A DNA stretch of 64,000 bases. Origin: Candidatus Nomurabacteria bacterium (GTDB lineage Bacteria > Patescibacteriota > Patescibacteriia > HK-STAS-PATE-3). Numbering within the stretch: position 1 is the stretch's first letter; each line of letters begins with the position of its first letter. The stretch is taken from positions 96,001 through 160,000 of the forward strand of contig CP060223.1 of assembly GCA_023898465.1 (NCBI GenBank), written 5' to 3'. The notes beneath the pieces were generated by a model, which was not told the DNA's origin, searched no databases, and worked only from the letters and a program-made list of their open reading frames with translations. This document shows positions 8,047 to 16,712 of the stretch, piece by piece. Position numbers and translations under genes: made by a program.

Positions 8047-9225
8047 ATGCTCCAACGTTTCTTTGCGTGGTCTTTGCTGGCGCTCTTCGCCTTCGGCTGT
8101 GCCGGAGGTAGTGCCACGCTGAAGCAGCATCAGCAGCCCGTCGGGCAGGTCTACGTGGGCGACTGCGTGCCGTCGGATGGCATTCATCCGACTGGCTACC
8201 TTCGCCTGACCAAGCCGCCGGAGGACTTCAACTCGATGCTGTCGATGTGGCACGCTGTTCAGGCCGAGGGTTCATCCGAGCCCTCGAAGATCGAGGTCGA
8301 CTACATCCGGGTCTACGCCCACGTAGCCGGCCGCGATTCACTGCTCGACAGCGACGAGTACAACGACATGATCGGGGACGGAGGTCTCTATCTTCGTCAT
8401 CCCTCGTGGTTCTACAACGATGACCATACGAGTCTGCCCTGCGAGTTCGACATGGTCAACGGTTACTTGGTCTTGCGACCGAGCGACTACCCGGATCGAG
8501 TCTTTCACTGGTGGAATTCCTACCATCCAGCGGAGGATGTCTGGCGTGTCACTATTCCGGCCGGTGCTACCAACTGCTGGGCAGAGACTCGGATTCGGAT
8601 TACGGGTCCAGCCTATGTCCAGGGCGGCATTGACTACTGGCGTTCACTCACTGCTCCGTACGGCGGCGTCGAAGTGAACAACCGGGAAGCCTGCATGTCC
8701 AACTGGACTTGCTCGGCTGATCCGGGTTGGCAGACCATCGTGGTTGGTAAGGACAAGCCGCAGGGCGACAGCGCTGTGGTCGATGCCGATGAGAACGGGA
8801 AACCGAAAGTCGTCCAGGCTCCGGTCTACGATCCTTTCGAGAGCAAGGCCGACGGTCTCCTCAAGAAAGGCGCTGCTGTCTGTTTTGTACAAGACGGACG
8901 CACCTACTTCCCGAAGGAGATCGTGGCGACGAACAAGTACAGCGATCCGGCTCGCCCCAAGAATGGCAAGTACTACTTGCTGGGCGGGGTGAAGCCATGG
9001 GCTATCGCCGGCGACGATCAAGAGCTCCGGGAAAACGGGGATTACCTCTACTATCCCGGCGTGGTCGACAAGGTGTGTCAGGTGGGCTGGGAGGATCCGG
9101 CCGACGCTTCGGCCGATCCGTCCGGAACCGTATGGAGCGCTTCAGCGGAACTTTTCTCGGGTCGCCCGGGATCAGTTTCGAAGAACGGTCAGTACGGCTA
9201 CCTGCCAGTCAATCTCTCCAACTAG
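8047..9225 (+). CDS. Lipoprotein with jelly-roll-like N-domain and shared C-terminal domain
   Basis: ATG 8047 has GGGAGG 5 nt upstream. The signal is MLQRFFAWSLLALFAFG|C (lipobox). ...IEVDYIRVY... recalls lectin/GH16-type jelly rolls (unverified). The C-terminal domain at 8848-9222 is homologous to 7465-7866. Confidence 0.7.
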   Translation: MLQRFFAWSLLALFAFGCAGGSATLKQHQQPVGQVYVGDCVPSDGIHPTGYLRLTKPPEDFNSMLSMWHAVQAEGSSEPSKIEVDYIRVYAHVAGRDSLLDSDEYNDMIGDGGLYLRHPSWFYNDDHTSLPCEFDMVNGYLVLRPSDYPDRVFHWWNSYHPAEDVWRVTIPAGATNCWAETRIRITGPAYVQGGIDYWRSLTAPYGGVEVNNREACMSNWTCSADPGWQTIVVGKDKPQGDSAVVDADENGKPKVVQAPVYDPFESKADGLLKKGAAVCFVQDGRTYFPKEIVATNKYSDPARPKNGKYYLLGGVKPWAIAGDDQELRENGDYLYYPGVVDKVCQVGWEDPADASADPSGTVWSASAELFSGRPGSVSKNGQYGYLPVNLSN

Positions 9226-9240
9226 GAGAAGGTGATTCAC

Positions 9241-9274
9241 CCCGGTGCATGCAATGCGTGCGCCGGGTTTTCTT
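9241..9274 (+). terminator. Rho-independent terminator (island right edge)
   Basis: The stem CCCGGTGCATGC / GCGTGCGCCGGG (with G-U pairs) is followed by TTTTCTT. Confidence 0.7.
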
Positions 9275-9275
9275 A

Positions 9276-9304
9276 TTGACCATGGGCAATATTTTTGCTA
9301 TAGT
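9276..9304 (+). promoter_or_regulatory. Sigma70-like promoter (TTGACC-17-TATAGT)
   Basis: The promoter directly abuts the terminator and lies 30 nt upstream of ATG 9335. Confidence 0.55.
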
Positions 9305-9334
9305 CGCCTGTTCACTTTCTTTTACTGAGTTGTA

Positions 9335-11107
9335 ATGTTACGCAATATTCTTGTCATTCTCGGACTCGCCATTTCACTCACCAGCTTCACGCCAAAGCAG
9401 GAGAGTCGCGATGGCGTGTATGCGTTTACCACGCCTCCTTTAAGTATTGGTCAAGGAGTGGTGGTGACAAATGATGGCATTGTGATTGGCGATGGCGTGA
9501 CTGATTCCCGGCAAGGAATACAGGAGCTGCTTAGTGGTGATGACTTGGAACATTTTCTTGACCAAAGCTCTCAGCAGTTTGATGCCGTAGAGCTGCGTAT
9601 CTGGACATGGTTCCTGGGTCAAAACGATTTTACTATTGGCACGGTGAATAATTTCCTTGCCCGTGCTCATGCCCACGGCTTGCAAGTGTACTTAAATACT
9701 TGGGAATATCCTGGCACACATCCCGACCTTCTGCCTGCTGAGTATCAGGCATATAAACTTGCTGACACCGGACAACGCGTGCCGGCCCTAGTGAATGATG
9801 GACAAATCAGCGCGCAGCACATTGATAAAGCAAACCCCGCTGCACTGGAATGGATGAGTGGGCAACTGCGGAGTGCGCTGACTTCTTTTGACGTTTTCGA
9901 TGGATACCTCATTGTTGAGGATAGGGTTTCCGATTGGGTGCATGGGTCTTTCCCACAGTATGTACGTTATTGGGATTCACCGACCTATTCCGATGCAGCG
10001 CTTGATTCATTTCAACATTATCTCCTACTGCATGGTCAGGATGCAACACAGCGATTCCCAGTGGATCGTCCGGAGTTAGTTTCTCAATTCACCCAGTATG
10101 TTCCTTCAGCCCCAGAAAGTGCTTTATGGAAGTATTGGTATCAATGGCGCTTTGAACTTTTTGCTGACTATGTGGAGAGTCTGAGTAATGCGGTGAAGTC
10201 AGTGCAAAGGGTGCCAGTGCTTTACATGCCTTGGCAACGTGTGGTGGATGAATTTGATTACGCCTACGCTGATGATTGGTCAGCCAATCGTTGGGATGTT
10301 GGATACGGTCCGGGCAATCCCGAGAATGCCATCTTCGGCGTCTCGCTTCACACCCTGGCAAAACGCGGATCAATTGATGCCTACGTGCATGAATTTGGAG
10401 AGGATGGTACGCATGAGCTCTGGCCAATGTCTTTTAATGCGCTGCAGTTAGAAAAAGCCAAAATTGCTTTGTCAGATTCTTATGTTACCCTAGGCAGCTT
10501 TATTCAATTTTTTAATTACGAAGGTAGAGAAATAGTTTCCCCTGAACTACTTCAAGATGCCTTAGCCATCGGACGGCAAAACGAGGCAAAGATTTTTGTA
10601 GCTTACGATGTTGCCACACTGTATGATCGTTCAGGTCGCTATGATGCACATACCTCAGCGCTTTGGCAGCAAGCAAGAACACATGCATATGCCATTGATG
10701 AAGAGGAAATCCGAAACGCAAGTCAGCTAGCGCCAGCGCAGGTTTTTGCTCGAAAATTACCTGAACAGATTCCAGAAGGAGTGGCCGCCTGGACTGCCGA
10801 TGATGGGTATGTGTATGTGCGGACCGAGGCTCTGCCCGGTAACGGACCATACTATGTCGTATACGATCACTGGAATGCACCACTACTTGATGCGCAGCAC
10901 CTTATGGAATACTATCCAGAGCATGGTTTAGTCGCTATACATGCTGATGGGTTAAAAGGCGCTGCTTTTCAAATCATTACTCCGGGACCGCAGGGTAGCG
11001 TCGCGTGGTCAGAAATTCGTGAACAGCTTTGTGAGCTGGGGTATCAAGGGATCGTATGTAGCCCAAATAGTTGGCTTTATCAACCAGTGGGGCTTCATTC
11101 CATGTAG
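9335..11107 (+). CDS. Exported or anchored 590-aa protein, family not recognised
   Basis: This is a long ORF in host-like composition. The N-terminus is hydrophobic (MLRNILVILGLAISLTS). It is possibly glycosidase-like, but I could not verify that. Confidence 0.6.
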   Translation: MLRNILVILGLAISLTSFTPKQESRDGVYAFTTPPLSIGQGVVVTNDGIVIGDGVTDSRQGIQELLSGDDLEHFLDQSSQQFDAVELRIWTWFLGQNDFTIGTVNNFLARAHAHGLQVYLNTWEYPGTHPDLLPAEYQAYKLADTGQRVPALVNDGQISAQHIDKANPAALEWMSGQLRSALTSFDVFDGYLIVEDRVSDWVHGSFPQYVRYWDSPTYSDAALDSFQHYLLLHGQDATQRFPVDRPELVSQFTQYVPSAPESALWKYWYQWRFELFADYVESLSNAVKSVQRVPVLYMPWQRVVDEFDYAYADDWSANRWDVGYGPGNPENAIFGVSLHTLAKRGSIDAYVHEFGEDGTHELWPMSFNALQLEKAKIALSDSYVTLGSFIQFFNYEGREIVSPELLQDALAIGRQNEAKIFVAYDVATLYDRSGRYDAHTSALWQQARTHAYAIDEEEIRNASQLAPAQVFARKLPEQIPEGVAAWTADDGYVYVRTEALPGNGPYYVVYDHWNAPLLDAQHLMEYYPEHGLVAIHADGLKGAAFQIITPGPQGSVAWSEIREQLCELGYQGIVCSPNSWLYQPVGLHSM

Positions 11108-11135
11108 GGAGTTCTTTGTCAGAGGAGGAGTGAAT

Positions 11136-11600
11136 ATGCAGTGGAGGTTGTGGATCTACGTGTTGGCTTGCGTACTGTGCGCATCGCAGTCTGCGTACGG
11201 TCAGTCTGAGCAATTCCAGCCAATGTACAGCATAGCGCCAGAGTATCCACTTTCAGCGTGGATTGCTGGTGAGTCTGGGTCGGTGATGGTGGGAATGCAG
11301 ATTGACCCGGTCGGCCGTGTGGAGGAGGTCTGGGTTCAGTCTTCAACAAGCTCGTTGTTTGAGCGGTATGCGCTCGAGGCGGCGAAGCAGTGGGTTTTTG
11401 TACCGATCATGCCCATGGTGGATCTGATCGACGCGGTGGATGGCGTTATGGTCTTGCGTAGAATTCCGGAGCTTGAAACAGCGAGTTACCTGGAAACACA
11501 TCCGGGAATCATTGACAGTCTCGTCTACGAGTGGACGGAAAAACAGGACCAACCGTCCCCGGTCCGTAGCGTCAGTATCCCTTTCAATTTCAACCACTAA
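11136..11600 (+). CDS. TonB C-terminal-domain-like exported protein
   Basis: I moved the start to ATG 11136 (AGAGGAGGAG upstream). The signal peptide is MQWRLWIYVLACVLCASQSAYG. PEYPLSAWIAGESGSVMVGMQIDPVGRVEEVWVQSSTSSLFERYALEAAKQWVFVP matches the TonB_C pattern (P.YP..A...G.eG.V.v.f.id..G.v......SS....ld.aAl.A...w.F.P). Confidence 0.6.
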   Translation: MQWRLWIYVLACVLCASQSAYGQSEQFQPMYSIAPEYPLSAWIAGESGSVMVGMQIDPVGRVEEVWVQSSTSSLFERYALEAAKQWVFVPIMPMVDLIDAVDGVMVLRRIPELETASYLETHPGIIDSLVYEWTEKQDQPSPVRSVSIPFNFNH

Positions 11601-11634
11601 GTACGAGCCGCTTATCCTCTGGGTAGGCGGCTTT

Positions 11635-11832
11635 CTATATATTCAAATCAAGCGATTGAATCAAGACAGGCAGAAGAAGCAGTACGCCAATCAAGGGGAG
11701 TAAGAATAAGAGAAGGTTGGCAACTAAGGACCATAGGAAATATTTCCGCGTTTTTTCTGTTGACTGATAGATGGCCTTGAGTAAAGCATCTTGATCATCA
11801 AGTCGTTTTTTTAGTTCGTCGTCCATATGCAT
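11635..11832 (-). CDS. Small membrane protein
   Basis: This 65-aa ORF has a C-terminal TM segment (LLLFLLPLIGVLLLLPVLI). Its start abuts the stop of the upstream gene. Confidence 0.45.
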   Translation of the reverse strand: MHMDDELKKRLDDQDALLKAIYQSTEKTRKYFLWSLVANLLLFLLPLIGVLLLLPVLIQSLDLNI

Positions 11833-12221
11833 TAACTTAAGAAATCAAGGTAAATGCCAATAAGAATGGCCAGTGTTGAAGAGGTAAATATGACAATATA
11901 GTTCCAGCGTTCTTTCGATGAGCCAAGCGTTGTAAAGATATAACGCATTGCAGATCGCTCTTCCTCTGATAGGTTATCAAGTGATTGAATACGTTCAGCG
12001 AGCTTATATTCAGCAATGACACGCGCTCTTTTTTTCGCAACTTGGTAACGATGCAAAAAATAGAGCACAAAACCGACCGTACCAAAATACCAGACCACTT
12101 GCACCCAAACTGTTCCGATATTGTTCAGTACAATAATACTGCGATAGGCGATGGTGGCAAGTATGCCTATCCAAAAAAAGAGTAAGCGAAGTCCTGCCGA
12201 ATGAGGTTTCAAGGTTTCCAT
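11832..12221 (-). CDS. Membrane protein (129 aa)
   Basis: There are three hydrophobic segments. It is tightly packed with the flavodoxin gene. Confidence 0.5.
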   Translation of the reverse strand: METLKPHSAGLRLLFFWIGILATIAYRSIIVLNNIGTVWVQVVWYFGTVGFVLYFLHRYQVAKKRARVIAEYKLAERIQSLDNLSEEERSAMRYIFTTLGSSKERWNYIVIFTSSTLAILIGIYLDFLS

Positions 12222-12700
12222 TACTTGCTGTTTGCTTTATCTAGTACATGTGTAGCCCAGGCCTGTACACGCTGACGATTTTTATCCAAATCGTAGAAAT
12301 AATGAAGCAGCCGAAGTGTTGCGCCTATCTTTTTTCCACCTACATCAGTAACCAATTTTTCGAGGTGGTCAGCAGCCGCGCAAGTTTCTTGATACGATTC
12401 GTCACCTAATCCGTAGACAGCAAAATTTTGCTTATGCAAGGAGACGCCATGAAGTTTTTCAACCAGTTCCCGCATATGTTGTTGCAGTTGACCTTCTAGA
12501 CGTTTACCATCTTCAGTAATATGTTCCCAGGTACAGGAGCCTAGGAAAACAAAATCCGGCTGGCGAAGCTCCTCTGCTTGTACAGAATCGGCCCGGCGGA
12601 TATGTACGGTGTGTCCAGCTTCTTGCCAGACTGATGCGATTTGTTTGGCCACGTCCAGCGTGCCGCCGGAATTCGTGCCATAGACAATGAAAACCTCCAT
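12221..12700 (-). CDS. Flavodoxin
   Basis: I trimmed the start to ATG 12700 because the ORF-track start at 12919 reads through tRNA-Asn. MEVFIVYGTNSGGT is the flavodoxin FMN-phosphate loop. At 159 aa the size fits. Confidence 0.75.
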   Translation of the reverse strand: MEVFIVYGTNSGGTLDVAKQIASVWQEAGHTVHIRRADSVQAEELRQPDFVFLGSCTWEHITEDGKRLEGQLQQHMRELVEKLHGVSLHKQNFAVYGLGDESYQETCAAADHLEKLVTDVGGKKIGATLRLLHYFYDLDKNRQRVQAWATHVLDKANSK

Positions 12701-12792
12701 ATATATATAGTGTACGGTATTTTCTCGCATTCGGCTACTGTAGGATGTTGTAAAAAAGAAAAAGAACGGACACATAGCCCATTCTTTTTCTT

Positions 12793-12867
12793 TGGCTCCG
12801 GGGACAGGGATCGAACCTGCGACCAAGTGGTTAACAGCCACCTGCTCTACCACTGAGCTACCCCGGA
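12793..12867 (-). tRNA. tRNA-Asn(GTT)
   Basis: Read on the minus strand: TCCGGGGTAGCTCAGTGGTAGAGCAGGTGGCTGTTAACCACTTGGTCGCAGGTTCGATCCCTGTCCCCGGAGCCA. It forms a full cloverleaf with anticodon loop CTGTTAA and an encoded CCA. Confidence 0.95.
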
Positions 12868-13047
12868 ATACACCCACTTGAACGAAGCCTAGTGTAGCGT
12901 GCTCAGCCTTTCTTGGCAACTATAGGCTTGAAAGAATAAGGCATTGACAAATGTATCATATATAGTATGATGGAATTGCTTGTTAGCTCTTTGCATCAAC
13001 GAGACACGTTGTTCGGCAAAGCTGACATCTAGAAAAAGGAGTATGAG

Positions 13048-13230
13048 ATGAGTGAAGGTAGCTCTGGGGGCGGACTCGCTTCTTTGTTGGGCCTTCTTTT
13101 CGGCGCTCTGATTTGGCAAGGACTTGCTGAGCGAACGCACGCGAAGGACAAGCCGCCGCCCGTTCAGAAGCCTGAACCTGCACCAGCCCCAGCACCGCGT
13201 CCAGTCATTCCGTTTCGGGAGCACAAGTAA
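13048..13230 (+). CDS. Small membrane protein with Pro-rich tail (60 aa)
   Basis: It has its own promoter (TTGACA 12944 - 16 nt - TATGAT), an AAAGGAG RBS, the TM segment LASLLGLLFGALIW, and a strong terminator directly downstream. Confidence 0.55.
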   Translation: MSEGSSGGGLASLLGLLFGALIWQGLAERTHAKDKPPPVQKPEPAPAPAPRPVIPFREHK

Positions 13231-13258
13231 CCAAGGGGTAGGGAATGCGTGTCTTATC

Positions 13259-13296
13259 AAAGATCCGTCACAGGGATATGACGGATCTTTTCTTTT
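13259..13296 (+). terminator. Rho-independent terminator
   Basis: AAAGATCCGTCA-cagggata-TGACGGATCTTT is followed by a T-run. Confidence 0.85.
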
Positions 13297-13347
13297 ACAC
13301 AAAACGGAGCCCGTGAGCTCCGCTTTGCCTTCGCCTGAGTATTGCGA

Positions 13348-14580
13348 CTAGTAATCTTTGAGTTTACGCATGCCTTCATGTGACTGGATTTTTTCCAGTG
13401 CCTTAGCTTCAATCTGTCGGATACGCTCACGGGTCACGCCAAATTCCTGACCCACTTCCTCCAGGGTATGTGCGACACCGTCAGTTAGTCCGAAACGCAT
13501 CTCCAGGATTTTTTGCTCGCGAGGTTGTAGCTCGCGAATGATTTGCTGCACGTGATCTTTCAGTAGTTGCATCGCTGCAACACGATCCGGCGAAACCGAT
13601 TTCACATCTTCAATGAAATCGCCCAGGGTTGAGTCTTCGTCACCTTCACCCACGGAAGTTTCCAAGGAGACAGTGTCTTGGCTGATTTTGATGATTTGGT
13701 GAATTTTCTCAACCGGTTCACCCATTTCCGCGGCGATTTCTTCTGGCAGTGGTTCACGACCCAGATCTTGGATAAGCTGCCGTTCAATCTGCTGGAATTT
13801 ATTAATCGTTTCAACCATGTGTACCGGGATGCGGATAGTTCTTGATTGATCAGCGAGAGCGCGAGTAATGGCTTGGCGAATCCACCAAGTAGCATAGGTA
13901 GAGAATTTATATCCTTTACGATAATCGAATTTCTCTACTGCGCGGAAGAGTCCAATGTTACCCTCCTGAATGAGGTCAAGCAGAGAAAGTGATCGACCAG
14001 TAAACTTCTTCGCAATGGACACGACGAGACGTAGGTTTGCTTCAACCAAGCGACGGTGCGCTTCTTGCTCACCTCGTTCTTTACGTTTTGCTAAAGCCAC
14101 CTCTTCTTCAGTGGTTAACAAAGGCACCTTGCCGATTTCTCGAAGGTACATCTGGATAGAGTCGTTGGAGATATCACCCAGGTCGAAGTGTCGTTCCTCA
14201 GTGCTGAGGCCAATTTTTTCTCGAATGCTGGATTGATCGTCGTTGAGATTGAGAATGCTTTCTCCAGTTTCCACCACACTGATGCCTTGCATCTCGAAGC
14301 GATCAAGGAGCGTATCGTAGTAGTCCAGATACTCTTCTAATTCAGGTAGGGCAAAAAGAATCTCCGTTTCAGTTACAAAACCGCGAATACGTCCCTTGTG
14401 CACAAGCTGGTCTACTGCTGCAGCATCTGGTTCAATCGGCGCCTTAGCTTTTGCGCGTGGCTTCGTAGTGGTCTTTGCTTTGCCTGTAGTTTTTTTCTTT
14501 GCTACCGCTTTTGTGCTCTTTACTTTTTTTGTTTTTTTTACACTTTTGGTCGACTTCTTGGCAGGAGACTTTTTCTTCAT
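13348..14580 (-). CDS. rpoD: RNA polymerase sigma factor RpoD (sigma70) with Lys-rich N-terminal tail
   Basis: [21 protein letters not shown] and [23 protein letters not shown] are region 2-4 signatures. The gene lies downstream of dnaG. Confidence 0.95.
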   Translation of the reverse strand: MKKKSPAKKSTKSVKKTKKVKSTKAVAKKKTTGKAKTTTKPRAKAKAPIEPDAAAVDQLVHKGRIRGFVTETEILFALPELEEYLDYYDTLLDRFEMQGISVVETGESILNLNDDQSSIREKIGLSTEERHFDLGDISNDSIQMYLREIGKVPLLTTEEEVALAKRKERGEQEAHRRLVEANLRLVVSIAKKFTGRSLSLLDLIQEGNIGLFRAVEKFDYRKGYKFSTYATWWIRQAITRALADQSRTIRIPVHMVETINKFQQIERQLIQDLGREPLPEEIAAEMGEPVEKIHQIIKISQDTVSLETSVGEGDEDSTLGDFIEDVKSVSPDRVAAMQLLKDHVQQIIRELQPREQKILEMRFGLTDGVAHTLEEVGQEFGVTRERIRQIEAKALEKIQSHEGMRKLKDY

Positions 14581-14623
14581 ACGTAAAAAGTTGCGCTAGA
14601 GAGTGAGAAATGAGAGCGATGTC

Positions 14624-16411
14624 TTATTCAGACAAGGCGTTGCGGCGAGCGCTTAGCTCACTAAATTGTTCGAGCAAGTGCTGTACCTGCTCCTGATTTT
14701 GCTCTGTCTCTGCCTGACGAAGGGCTGCTTGGACTGTTGCGATGGACTGCTCGATGCTTCGTTTGAGGAGGAAATGTGCGCAAGTGCGCAGCTCTTTTGA
14801 GAGCTCTCCAGTTTGGCGTCCATCAAAATATTGTGCAGCGAATAATTGAAGCTGCGGAATCTCAGAAGCGAGTTCCGGTGCTCGGCGTGTTATTTCGCGT
14901 TGCAAATCGTCAAGACTGACAGAGTGGTTACTAGTATACTGATCTCGTAGTATCTTGTAAAGGGTGTGATAGGGGGGGTGAAGCAGCTCAGCCTGGAAGT
15001 CCGCTGGCAGCGAGTCAAGGAATTCTAGCTGATGGATGAGTAGGGCGGCGAGAAGTTGACTGACCTGCCAATGGCGACCTTGGCGTGGTTGCGCTACTTG
15101 CGCGGGATTTACTGTGCTTGCTTTTGGTCGAGGCGTTTTTCCTTTTTGCATTTGTTCTCGTAGCAACTCCTCATTCACCTGGACGGCCTGCGCAAGTTTC
15201 GAGAGATAGTGACTCTGCTCAACGGGATTTGCCACCATGGTAAGTAAAGGAAGGAGATTTTTTACTGCCTTCTTTTTATCATCAACCTTTGTCAGATCAA
15301 GCGGGGCAAAAGTGCTGCGAAGCGCATAGTCGAGATAAGGCTCTGCTTTTGCCACTGCCTCGGGCCAAGCTTTTGGATCTTGTCGAATTAATTCATCCGG
15401 GTCTTTGCCGCTTGGTACGCTGATGACCTTAATGGTAAATTCTTGCTGCAAGGCTAGCTCAATACCGCGACGGGTAGCTGATTGTCCGGCCATGTCAGTA
15501 TCAAAGCCGATGAGGAGAGTATCAGTGAAGCGTCGGATAAGCTTCAATTGATCAGTGGTAAGCGCTGTTCCACTAGCAGCGATCGCCTGCGTGACGCCAA
15601 CGCGATGTGAGGCAATCACGTCCAGATAGCCTTCCACAACAATTGCATAACCAGCACTTCGGATTGACTGCTTCGCCAGATGCAGGCCATAGAGCACTGT
15701 GCTTTTGTTATACACGTCGCTTTGCGGGGAGTTCACATACTTTGCCGCATCCTCAGGTGCTGGCGGCATTACGCGACCACCAAAGCCAATCACATTGCCG
15801 TGCACATCAGCAATTGGAAACATGAGTCGGTTGCGGAAGCGGTCATAATAGCGAGCGCTACCTTCTTTTTGCTGGAGTAGGCCAGCTCGGGCCATGTCGA
15901 GGTCCTTGATATTTTTTTTGGCTAAAGCGTTTTTTACATTTTCCCAGCCCTCTGGCGCAAAGCCGATTTGGAAGTTTTCAATGTCCTCGCTCGTAATACT
16001 CCTCTGCTCTATATACTGCCGCGCCGAGGCTGCTTCTTTCGCCCGCAGGAGGACTTGGTGATAAAAACGAGACGCAGTAGCCAGGATATCCAGCAGGTGC
16101 GTTCGTTGATCTTGCAGTTTGGGGTCAAAGCGAGGAATCTCGACATTGGCCTTCTTTGCCAGCAGGCGGAGTGTCTCAGGGAAGTCCATACCTTCCATCT
16201 CTTGGATAAAGGTAAAGAGATCACCACCTTTACCACAGCCAAAGCAGTGCCAGATGCCATTTGCTCGATCCACCATAAAGGAAGGTGTCTTTTCATGGTG
16301 AATAGGACACAGAGCCTTATGATACTTCCCGGATGGTTTGAGCGTGACGTACTCGCCAATCAGCTCAACCAGGTCCAGACGCTGCTTAATTTCATCGGTG
16401 ACTTGGGCCAT
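14624..16411 (-). CDS. dnaG: DNA primase DnaG
   Basis: The zinc finger CPIHHEKTPSFMVDRANGIWHCFGCGKGGD and the TOPRIM motif VVEGYLDV are present. The gene forms a dnaG-rpoD pair. Confidence 0.95.
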   Translation of the reverse strand: MAQVTDEIKQRLDLVELIGEYVTLKPSGKYHKALCPIHHEKTPSFMVDRANGIWHCFGCGKGGDLFTFIQEMEGMDFPETLRLLAKKANVEIPRFDPKLQDQRTHLLDILATASRFYHQVLLRAKEAASARQYIEQRSITSEDIENFQIGFAPEGWENVKNALAKKNIKDLDMARAGLLQQKEGSARYYDRFRNRLMFPIADVHGNVIGFGGRVMPPAPEDAAKYVNSPQSDVYNKSTVLYGLHLAKQSIRSAGYAIVVEGYLDVIASHRVGVTQAIAASGTALTTDQLKLIRRFTDTLLIGFDTDMAGQSATRRGIELALQQEFTIKVISVPSGKDPDELIRQDPKAWPEAVAKAEPYLDYALRSTFAPLDLTKVDDKKKAVKNLLPLLTMVANPVEQSHYLSKLAQAVQVNEELLREQMQKGKTPRPKASTVNPAQVAQPRQGRHWQVSQLLAALLIHQLEFLDSLPADFQAELLHPPYHTLYKILRDQYTSNHSVSLDDLQREITRRAPELASEIPQLQLFAAQYFDGRQTGELSKELRTCAHFLLKRSIEQSIATVQAALRQAETEQNQEQVQHLLEQFSELSARRNALSE

Positions 16412-16499
16412 ACCTGCATTCTGTCTTAGCTGAGCAAAAAGAACAAGTCAAGCTTCCTTGACAGCAGGGTGATGCTACAGTAGGCTCTGAATACGCACA

Positions 16500-16700
16500 T
16501 TAGTATCTCACTTCATAGATGAGGAACTCCGGTGAAAATCCGGGGCACTGCCGGTACGGTATCCTACCTTCGCTAAAGCTATGGTGGGGAGCCCGATACT
16601 CAGCTATGTTGTTTCAATCGTTCTTCCTCCGAGCAGAGGACAAGGCGTGCAAGTGCACTGTGCGTTATGACTTCTGCTCGAAACAGAAGTTTTATTCTTA
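16500..16700 (+). promoter_or_regulatory. Cobalamin (B12) riboswitch with terminator expression platform
   Basis: GAGGAACTCCGGTGAAAATCCGGGGCACTGCCGGTACGGTA matches the cobalamin aptamer core (compare AGGGAA..GGTG.GAA.TCC...GC...CGGTA). The B12-box-like AGCCCGATACTCAGC is at 16590-16604. The hairpin ACTTCTG-ctcgaaa-CAGAAGT plus TTTATTCTT is at 16670-16699. A weak promoter, TTGACA 16458 - 17 nt - TAGGCT, lies upstream. The downstream gene is DUF4430-like. Confidence 0.7.
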
Positions 16701-16712
16701 TCTCAAAAAAGT

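Noticed and set aside
12701-12919. A 5' extension of the flavodoxin ORF; the ORF track lists 12221..12919, 232 aa.
   Set aside because: The extension reads straight through tRNA-Asn (12793-12867) and its flanks. The flavodoxin fold starts at MEVFIVYGTNSGGT (ATG 12700).
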